This document shows positions 14,212-26,200 of a stretch of DNA of 27,337 nt, piece by piece. The notes beneath the pieces were generated by a model. That model searched no databases. It saw only the letters and a list, made by a program, of their open reading frames with translations, and was not told where the DNA came from. The stretch is from a virus. Positions within the stretch are counted from its first letter, which is position 1. Every line of letters starts with the position of its first letter. Location: positions 1 to 27,337 of IMG/VR virus record IMGVR_UViG_3300014835_000071; one strand, written 5' to 3'. Made by a program: the position numbers and the translations under genes.

Positions 14212-17200
14212 TGGCTGATAATATAAATCCAAATGCTAGTAAAAATACGGCTTCAACTTTCCTACCTAGAATTTTTAGAACGGACGCAAACAAGAAATTT
14301 TTACAAGCCACTCTTGACCAATTAGTACGACCCGGTACAGTTAAAAAAATTAATGGGTATATTGGTCGCAAAAATTCAAAAGCAACTACTGCTACTGACA
14401 TTTTTATCAATGCTGCCGATGCTACTAGGCAAAATTATCAATTAGAACCAGGGTTGGTGATACAAGATTCATTAAACAATACTACCTTCTTTAAAGATTA
14501 TATTGATTTTATCAATCAAATATCAGTTTTTGGTGGTAATACGGCAAATCATGCTCGGCTGAATGAGCAGGAATTTTATAGTTGGGACCCTCATATTTCA
14601 TGGGATAAATTTATAAATTTTCAAAATTATTATTGGATGCCATTCGGTCCAGATACTATTCGAATTTATGGTCATGAAAAAAATGTAATAAGCACGTACA
14701 CGGTTGTGGTCGAAGCTGAAGGTAATAGCAATGAATATGTCTTTACGCCAAATGGTCTTTCTAGAAATCCAACACTGACATTGTTTCGTGGGCAAACCTA
14801 TACTTTTGAGATCAATGCTCCTGGTAATCCATTTAGTATAAAGACTGCACGGACTGCTGGTGATTATGACCGATATTCACCAGCAGGTTTAACCGGTATC
14901 GCAATTGAGTATGGTACTATTACTTTTACAATACCACATGATGCTCCATCAGTTCTATATTATCAAAGTGAGAATGATCGTGATTTAGGCGGGGTAATTC
15001 AGGTACTGGCAATCAGTGATAATTCATTCATTGATGTAGATGCGGAGATTGTTGGTAAAAAAATATACCAGTTATCAGATGGTACAAAACTTAGTAATGG
15101 TATGAAGGTGTCATTCGGCGGTAAAGTTACTCCGTTAAATTATGCCACTGGAGAATTTTATATAGAAGGTGTTGGCACTGCTATTAAATTAGTACCAACT
15201 GCCATTTTAGAATTAATTAGTTCATATACAGCTTCTCAATCAGTATTGTTTGATTCGCAACCATTTGATAAACAACCATTTAGTGATGCCACTGCCTATG
15301 CTGGTACATCAGATTATGTAGTTATAAATAGATCCAGTAACGATCATAATCCCTGGTCTAGGTATAATCGTTGGTTTCATAAAGATACTATTGAAATTAG
15401 TGCCAAATTTAACGGAAATGCAGTATCCTTAGATCAATCGGCAAGGGCGACTCGTGCCATCATAGAATTTGATGCTAATTTAAAATTATTTAACTTCGGT
15501 ACGGACGCTATTGATGATGTTGATTTAGTTGATAATTTTACTACTGATATATTGTCAGTTATTGAAGGTTCATTGGGGTATAATATAGATGGCATACCAG
15601 TTAGTGATGGGTATAAAATTTTAATAACGGCTGATCCAGATAGATTTGTAAAAAATAAAATATATCAAGTTGAGATGATAGATGTTAAACATGAATCAGT
15701 GAATGGGGTGAGTACATCTACTCAAATTCATTTACGTTTGCTTCATGAGCCAATTGCGTCACAGGTGGTATTGGTTAAGCAAGGTAAGCAAAATCAAGGT
15801 GAGATGTATTGGTATGACGGTGAAAGTTGGCATAAAGGTCAGCAAAAAACTGGATTAAATCAAGCACCATTGTTCGATGTGGTAGATTCGAATGGTATCA
15901 GTTATGGAAATGTAGATACCTATATTGGGTCAAGTTTTACCGGTACTAAATTATTTTCATATAAAATTGGGACTGGTAATACTGATTCAGTATTGGGCTT
16001 TCCACTGTCATACAAAAATATTAATAATATTGGTGATATAGTTTTTAATTTTAATTTATTAACTGACAAATTTGTATATAATAAATTAGCTGAAATTATT
16101 GAACAGACCACTGACGTTGGTTATTTGGTTAATAATATGCCATCTGGTATTACCTTTGTAAATGGCTGGCAAACTTGTGCGGCTAAGTATGTACAAGGGG
16201 CAATTAGAATTTATAATGGCACTGAGCAAACTAACCATTTTGATATAGATATATTTGATAGTATGCCAATGTCAATTGATATTGATGATATTCGATTATA
16301 TATAAATGGTAGCAGAGTGGCGGTTGACCATTATTCGATAATCACTGGTGTAGTTTATTATCAAGTAGTATTGTTGGTGCCAATAACAAGTGGTGATGTA
16401 TTAACCATTAAAGTATTTGCGCCTGAGCCAATTAATTCCCGTGGTTATTATGAAATACCAGTTAATTTGCAATATAATCCATTGAATGGGACATTAGCTG
16501 ATTTTACATTAGGTGAAGTGATAGATCATGTTGATAGCATTATTGATAATATTTACATCAGTGATGCTCAGTTGATTGATAATTTACCGTATGATAAAAC
16601 TGCTAATGATGTCAATCAAGTTACTTTCGTTGGAGTTTTTCCAGGCGTTAGTAATTTGCGAGATTTGGGTAATATCACTCAATATGGAACTCGATTTGTT
16701 CAACATAGTTCTCCTGCTAATTTGTCATTGTACCATATAACCTCTAAGACAAGTAACATTATTAGATCAATAGAAAAAAGTTGTGATGATTATGGCAAAT
16801 TTAAGCATAATTTTATGGTAGTTGCTGAGTCACTCGGTATCGATACTAATCCAGTGGCACACGTTGATTTGATATTGCAAGCCATTAATAAGAGTATTCC
16901 AAATACCTTTCCATATTATTTTAGTGACATGGTTGCTTATGGTGCTCATAACACTACTGTATTGACAGTGGTTGATTATCGAATACAAGCTTATCCATTG
17001 CTTAATATATTTAGCATGGATGAATTATCGGCACGTTCAGTACTCATTTACGTAAATGATATTCAGATATTGTACGATCGTGATTATACATTTGATACGC
17101 AGGGATTTGTCGTAATAACATGTGGGTTGCTTACTGGTGATACGATAATTATTAATGAATACGACAATACTGATGGATGTTTTATTCCAGAAACGCCTAC

Positions 17201-20200
17201 TAAGTTGGGAATTTGGCAAAAGTTCGAACCATTAATTTATCTTGATGATAGTTTGGTAACACCTAGACTATTGATTCAAGGGCATGATGGAAGTTTAATT
17301 CTGGCATATGAAGATTATCGAGATGATCTCATTCTAGAATTAGAGAAACGAATTTATAATAATATCAAGGTAAAATACGACACTAGCATCTTTGATGTAC
17401 ATGCAGTTATTCCAAGTTATAATAGGGCTACCGCATATAGTTTATCGGAGTATAATAATGTATTGGCACCAAGATTTTACAAATGGGCTAAGCTAGTTGG
17501 TAAAGATTTATCTAGATCATTGGGTACTGAAAATTACCGAGGATATGTTACCCCAGATGGGCGAGAAACTCCTGGATTTTGGCGTGGTATATATCGATGG
17601 ATGTTGGATACGGATCGTCCACATATTTGCCCGTGGGAAATGCTAGGTTTTAGTGAAATGCCAGTTTGGTGGACTAGTGTTTATGGTCCAGCGCCATACA
17701 CTACTGATAATTTAATTTTATGGACTGATATCAGTAATGGTACGATAAAAGATCCAATGATGCCAGTTACAAGGTTTCTTAAATTTGCTAAACCATTTTT
17801 ATTAAACCATTTGCCAGTTGATGAACATGGCAAATTAGTAAGTCCAGTGGTTTCGGATATGGCAAATGGTATACCGACTGATATCAATAATGGTGATTTT
17901 ATTTTTGGTGATGTAAGTCCATTAGAATCAGCTTGGCGAAGAAGTTCATATTACCCATTTAGTGTATTGATTACGTCCTTGTTGTTGACACCTGCTGGTA
18001 CATTTGGTGTATTATTAGATAGATCACGTATTGTTCGAAATATAGCCGGTCAATTAATTTACAAGGATACTGGCTTACGAGTAACCTCAAATACTATAAA
18101 ATTACCTAGTATTCAATCTAGTTCAACCCGTGTTCAGACTGCAGGTATAATCAACTATGTGGCTAATTATATTTTAAGTGATAATTTAAAATCTTATAAT
18201 GATTACCAATACGATTTGTCAAATATAACAGTTAAATTAAGTCATCGACTAGGGGCATTTACGAGTCGTGACAAGTTTAATTTAATTCTTGATTCAAAAA
18301 CACCGTTATCAGCCGGTGGTGTGTTTGTCCCACCTGAAAATTATGATATTATATTGAATACGAGTAGTTCAATTAAGAAAATAACATATAGTGGGGTTAT
18401 TATTACTAAATTGCAGGATGGGTTTAGTGTCAGTGGGTATAGTATATCACACCCATATTTTAGTTATTACCCGTGGCAAAAAGCCGGGGTTCTTATTAAT
18501 ATAGGTGGCATTTCTGAAAGTTATATTCAGTGGACTGCAAATCAAGTGTATGCGGCTGGTAAAATTGTTAAATATTCGTCTGAATATTATCGAGTGTTAT
18601 CATTGCATACTACTACTGGTGTATTTAACGCAGCCAATTATCAATTACTTGCATCATTGCCGGTTATTGGTGGGAGATCTGCAATGATACGGCAATTATG
18701 GGATCGAACCGCTCCGATAGTTGTTCCGTATAATACTAAATTTAATTATGTACAAGATGTTGTGGATTTTCTGTTGGGATATGGCGAATATTTAACCGAC
18801 CAGGGATTTGTCTTTGATGAATTTAATTCTAACATGCAGCAAGTTACCAATTGGGAAACCAGTGCGAAAGAATTTTTATTTTGGTCTACACAAAATTGGA
18901 CATATGGTCAAGATAAGTGGAGTGATTGGTTACCTGGGCAATTAATAGTAGCTGGTTCAATCGTCCGATATGATGGTACGTATTACACTGCCGTTAGAAC
19001 GAAGCAGACTGGTTCTATATTTGTCACTAATGATTTCAATAAATTGGGTGCGCTAAGCAATGTTGGTAGTTCAGTAATTTCATTGAGTCCAGCTGCTAAT
19101 AAATTAACTTTTAATACGGCATTGTCTGTAGTGACTGATATTACCGATGACTTTAATGGTTATGAAATCTTCAAAGTCGATGGGCAGCCAATTGCTTATA
19201 ATTTAATAAATTCATATCGGGAAGATAATGCGGTTAGTTATGCCTCTCCTGAAAATGGAATTTTTGGTGCTAGTTTTTATTTAGTTCAAACAGAGCAAAT
19301 TGTTATTATTGATAACCGTACATTGTTTAATGATACCATTTATAACCCAGAAAGTGGGTATAAGCAAGATAGAATCAAAGTGGCAGGTTATATAAGTACC
19401 AATTGGAATGGCTCGTTTGATGTGCCGGGATTCGTATTTGACCAAGCAATTATTAAAAATTGGGAAATGTGGACAAATTACGCAATTGGTGATGTGGTAA
19501 AATATAAGGAATTTTACTATGCTGCTATTGGATTAATTTTAGGCACGGAACATTTTAATCCAATTGATTGGACTAAAATTTCTAAAAAGCCAACTGCACA
19601 GTTATTACCAAATTGGAATTACAAAGCAAGTCAATTTGAAGACTTTTATAGTTTAGATAGTGATAACATTGATACCAATCAACAAAAAATGGCACAGCAT
19701 TTAATTGGTTACCAAAAGCGCCAATATCTTGAAAACATCATTCAAGATGATGTGTCCGAATTCAAATTCTATCAAGGGATGATAATTGAAAAAGGTACGC
19801 AAAATGTACTTAATAAATTGTTTGATGTACTTAGCGTTGATGGCGAAGATAGTTTAACATTTCACGAAGAATGGGCAGTTCGTGTTGGTCAATACGGTGC
19901 CAATGCTGCTTTTGAAAATATTGAATTTATTTTAGACGAAAGTTTATTTAATTCAAATCCGCAAGGTTTTGAATTACTGTCCACTGGTAGTAATTCACAT
20001 GATTTTATAATCAGACAAGTACAATCTGACATTTACGTAACCCCGATTGGTTACGATAATAACCCGTGGCCTATTTTAAAAAATGATACTACTTATCTGA
20101 GATCGGCGGGTTACGTCCGGCTTGATGAAGTGACATTAAATTTGAAATCACTTGCTGATATCCTAGCTGTTGACATAACAAAGCTTGTGACTGGTGATTA

Positions 20201-23200
20201 CATATGGTGTTCATTTGACATTGCTGGTTGGAATGTTTATCGATATACTGATTCCAATATAGTAGTTAATGACGCAATGGCAGTGGGTGATTACATACAT
20301 GTGACAACTTCACGTTTGGTTACACTGCCGATCGGTTCGTATATTAGTATACGACATGTAGCCGGATTTGCTGGTTTTTATAAAATTGAAGATGTTATCT
20401 TAAATGTAATAGTTATCTATGCAGCAGATGCCTCGGTAACTTCGCCATTGGTTGATCAATCATCTATTATGATACATTCATTAGTAAGTCAACGAGTTGC
20501 ATCAATGGATGACATAGATGGAATGTTGCCACCGATTTTGAAAACTGACGAATTAGTATGGTCAGATAATGGCATTGATGGCAATTGGGCTTCTTGGATA
20601 CATACGCCAGTGTATAGCAAGACACAAATTTCAAATCTACATCCAATTAATTTAGAACTATATGGCAAAGCAATTCAAATAAGTAATCGTGGAAATATAT
20701 TAGCAATATCAACTGGTGCTGGTGAAGTTGAAATTTATGATAGGGCCAATCTGATGAATCACTGGGTTCATCGACAGTTGATAAGTGTGCCAATTATAGG
20801 GCATAACCAATATGACTATGATTTAAATAATACACAAGATATAGCAACTGTAATGGCGATATCAGCTGATAATCGATGGTTAGTTACTGGTTCACCAAGC
20901 AGTGGGTATGCAACTATTAATAATAATGGCTATTTGAATGTCGTCGGTGCTAATTATACTGCTTCTTCAATGGCCAATCATGGTGCTGTTTCATTGTACG
21001 AAAAAGACAGTAACAATACATACACATTAGTTAATACAATTTTAAGCAAAGTGCCACGTACTGATGAATATTTTGGTGAAAGTTTAGTATTCAGTGGTGA
21101 CGCTTTGTACATAAGTGCAGGTAGTGCCACTGGTAGCGTGTATAAATTAATCTACTCCACTATCATTCATGTTACTACTAATTACAACCCAGTTGGTAGT
21201 GTGGGAAATGTATTACATCTATCAAGTGTTGCTGGTATTGCGATTGGTATGACAGTTACTGGTAATGGTTTAATTACTGATAAGATTGTGATTAAGGTAA
21301 CTGATTCTATCACGGGACAATTAACAAACTCATCAATTACTGGTAATATATTGACAGTTGGTACATTGACAACCGGTGCTGTCGTAGTTGGGCAGACGAT
21401 AAGTGGTATTGACATTTTGGACGATACTATCATAACCAATCACATTAGTGGCACTGGTGCTGGATCAAAGTGGTTAGTTAGTAGAAATAATTACGAAGTA
21501 CATGATATTGCAATATCATGTACTTATCAGGTACAAACCGTAACTTTAAATGAAGCACCTGAATCTCAGCCTTCAGGTATGATACAATTCAGTACTAATG
21601 AGTGGAAATACGATGATAGTTCCAATCAAAAAAATAACGTGGGACATTCTATAAAATTGGCAAGTAGTATAGTCAATGATGTATTGGCTATTGCTTCGGT
21701 TGATAATGACAATATAGGCAAAGTTAAGGTATATATTACTGACAATTTGCAACAAACTATTGTTGGCAATTCAAAATTTGGCCAAGGTATTTCTATTTCC
21801 GAATTTGGTGATTATATTGTCATATCTGATATCTCGGTAACTGGTAGTATGGTAGAACAAGGCGGGGTTGATATTTATAAACGCATAATAACTAATAGCG
21901 TAATATCATATGACAAATATCAATCATTGACAGTTAAGTATCCAGAAATAGATGGCTATTTTGGTAGTAAGGTATTATTCGGTGATGATTACAAAACTAT
22001 ATACATTTTAAGTTCATTGGCTGATATAACATTGCCGTGGTATCCGACTGATGGTACTACATTTGATAATGGCACCACTGGATTTAGTTTACTTAAAAAC
22101 CTCGATAGCGGTCGCATTGATGTGTATAATAGGTATAATTTAAAATGGGTATATAGCGAAAGTTTGGATACTGCTAATTATGCGGCGGATGGGTATGGTA
22201 ATAGTATGGCAGTTGGGGCAACTAGTTTAGTTGTTGGTGCGCCATACGCACAGGACAGTGCTGTCAAGGCTGGTAATGTATATGTATATAATAAACGAAC
22301 TGATGCTTATAGCTGGGAAATTAACCATTACGGAATTGCAAAACCGGATGTTAGTAAAATTAAACAAGCATTTCTGTACAATAAAGTTACTAGCAAATTA
22401 ATAACTCATTTGGATGTACTTGACCCATTGCATGGCGTAATCCCAAGTATAGCAAATGACGAAATTAAATATAAAGTATTCTATGATCCAGCTGTGTATT
22501 CAATTGGTGAAAGTGCCACTCATACAATTGATGATGGATCTGCGTGGAAGGGACACTATGTTGGGTATCTATGGTGGGATTTGCGAACAGCTAAATTTGT
22601 TAATGGCAATGATGATGACATTGTGTACCGAAATAGTGCATGGCATACATTGGCAACTGGTGCAACTATCGACATATATGAATGGGTTGAATCTACGTTA
22701 TTACCGGATGATTGGGACTTGGATGCTGATACTGACTCTGGGTTAGCTAATGGGGTAAGTGGTACTACTTTGTATGGTAATGCTGCTTATAGTAGTGCTA
22801 CTCATTATGATATTATCAGTAATACTTCAAAGAATACGTATTATTATTGGGTCAAAAATACTAAAATAATTCCATTAAGTTTAACTAGAAAAATATCAGC
22901 ACAGGATGTCGCCAGTCTAATTGGTAATCCTCGTGGCGCCGGGTATCAATATATGGCTTTAACTGGTAGCAATTCATTTAGTTTAGTTAATGTTTCATCA
23001 TTATTGGCACATCGTGATGTAGTGTTGTCAGTTGAATATTGGTTAGTTGATAATACTACACAGAACATTCACACTCAGTGGCAACTATTGAGTACAGATT
23101 CGGCAACGGTAATACCTGCTAAAATAGAGGATAAATTAATAGATAGTTTATGCGGTAAGGATTCGTATGATAGAGTGATACCAGATGACTCATTGCCCGT

Positions 23201-26200
23201 GAAATTGAAGTATGGTATTGAATCACGTCCACGCCAGGGTATGTTTATTAATCGATTTGAGGCATTGAAACAATATGTTGAACAAGCAAACTTAGTATTG
23301 CATGATAATCTAATTTCAGATACTAGGGATTTGAGTAAATTAGAAAGTTATGATATTGAACCACATTTAATTCGTGGGTTATATGACAGCGTAGTTGATA
23401 CTGATCTGGAATTGCGATTTGCTGAAATTAGTTCATTTACCCGTCCGGTGATATCTCCGATTATACAAGATGGTCGCATAGTTGGTATCGAGATAATAAC
23501 CGCTGGTCGTGGGTATATCAATGCACCCTTCATAGAGGTCGCTGGCACTGGTACTGGAGCTATAATACGAGCGGTTATTAATATAGCCGGTCAATTAATT
23601 GGTGCGGTGATTATAAATTCAGGTGTTGGGTATACTGAATATACCTCGTTACTAATTAGGGATTATACCGTATTGGTGCATAATGATTCGTCTACTGGCG
23701 GTTGGACTATTTATTCATATGATCCAATTACTTATGTGTGGTCATTGTTATTGGGTAGGACGTATGATACTAGTAAATATTGGCAATACATTGATTGGTA
23801 TGCAGCTGGTTATAATCAATTTAGTGCAATTATACATTCAGTTTCGACATATGCCGAACTTGATACAATCGTGGTCAACATTGGTGAATTGGTTAAAGTT
23901 AGTACGACCAACGCTGGTACATGGGTACTATTAAAGAAATATTCAATGGTAAGTTCAATTGATTGGACGCACTCATATGCGATAGTTGGTAGCGAACGTG
24001 GAACAATTCAATTAAAATCTTCATTGTATGAATTTGCCCATACTGGTATTGGGTATGATAATTTATTATATGATGGTGGAATTTTTGATAATAGCGCATC
24101 GGCTGAATTAAGAATAATACTAACTACATTGCGGGATGAAATTTTTATTGATAATTTAAAATCTACAAATTTAGATTTATTTTTTACCTGCATACGATAC
24201 ATTTTAAGTGAACAATTATATGTGGATTGGATTTTTAAAACTAGTTTTATTAAAGCAAACCATAATGTTGGCACTTTACATAAGCCTGTTACTTACCGAA
24301 ATGACAACTTAGCAAATTTTGAAGACTATGTGGCGGAAGTAAAACCATATCGAACTACTATTAGGGAATATGTTAGTTCATATAACGCTATAGAAATGAC
24401 TGAAACATCCATTACTGATTTTGATTTACCACCATTTTATGAAAAAAATTCATTAACATTGGTTGATACTACGGTAATGAATGGTGAAATTATGGTAGGT
24501 GACACTATCATTAATGCCTATCCGTGGAAACATTGGCTGGATAATGTTGGATTTATAGTTACGTCATTGGCGATAGTTGATGGTGGTTCTGGATATGTAA
24601 CAGCGCCGATTGTCAATATAGTACAAAATTCTGGCAGTGGGGCAACTGCCCGCGCTTTTATTACAAATGGCATAGTTAACCGAGTGATACTATTAACTCC
24701 TGGCAGTGGATATCTATCGGCGCCGAATGTATATATCACGGGTGGGCTATCAACTACTGGCATTGCTGCTCGTGTTATAGCTACAATTGGGGATAGTGCT
24801 ATACGAACATCTATTATTAAATTGAAATTTGATAGAATATCACGGGCATACTCAATAATTCAGTTGCAAGAAATTGAGACATTATCTGGTACTGGATCAC
24901 GATTGCAATTTTCATTAATATGGGGACCAGATGTGCAAATTGGTACTAGTTCAGTAACTATCAATGGGATTACTGCTTTGCGAGATAATTATAAACTTCG
25001 TGTAGTAAAATCATCAACTAATGGATATGTATCTGGTACTATTACATTTAATGTGGCACCTATTGCTGGTTCAACTATATCAGTTACTTACCTGAAAGAT
25101 TGGTCATTATTAAATTCTGCTGATAGAATTCACTATTATTATAATCCAGGAATTGGTGAATTAGGTAGAGATTTGTCGCAATTAATGACCGGAGTTGATT
25201 ATGGTGGGGTCATAGTAAGTGGATTGGGGTTTGAATTAACCCAAGGCTGGGGTAGTACTCCATTTTATTCAGATAAATGGGATACATCTGATCCGACATT
25301 TGATGACTACATAGTATCAGTTGCTGCTGATACTCGCACATTCACCTTGCCGTATATTCCGTTACCTGATGTCATGGTAAATGTATATCACAATGGGATC
25401 AGGCTTGATGATCCACATTTTGGTACAGTGGGTCAATTAAATAATTTAGCAGTTATGTCTACTTGGGTTGGGAATGGTGAAACATCTACTATAAATATTC
25501 CAACTATTGTTCAGGTATCAATGGGTGACCAATTTATTTTACGTAAAGCTACTAGTGATGGAGCAGTGCCTCCAGCAGAGGCGGATTATGACACTGCGTT
25601 AAGTGGTGGTGATTTAACTTATAATACTGCAACTGGAATTGCGGCGGAAGACATGATTATTGATGGTGATGGCTTTGTGACACCGATGACTAGTCCAGCG
25701 CCTGAAGAAGTAGTGCCTGGTCAAATCGTAGATGCGTTGGCAATTAAGGTATATGATAGACCATTTGGTGGATCTGCGGCTATTAATGTCGATAATTACG
25801 TGGCGAATGGTGTTCAGCATATATTTGCGATATCAACCAGGTTGGATAATCCAGGTGTCGTCATAGTAAAAACTACAACTGGGTTGACAAATCTCATATT
25901 AACACTTGACGTGGATTATAGCATTGATCATAGACATAATCTAGTATCTTTTTTCAATGTGCCGCAACATGGTGTATTAGTTACTATTTTCGGAATTGGT
26001 GTCAATGGTACTAGTATTTTGGATGCAGATTATGTAATTGCTGATGGGCAAGCTACTGATTTCATCACGAAAGCTCCGTGGTTGGCAACTGTTAGTACCT
26101 TGGTGTATGTCAACGGGGAAGTGGCACTGGCGAAAATGGTAAATATTAGTGACAATTTAATTATAAGATTTGAAAATCCACCAGTTATTGGTGATATGAT

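Noticed and set aside
15323-25497. TATAAATA matches at 15323-15330 and 25490-25497
   Set aside because: Both lie deep inside the giant ORF with no supported gene start nearby; expected by chance in AT-rich DNA.
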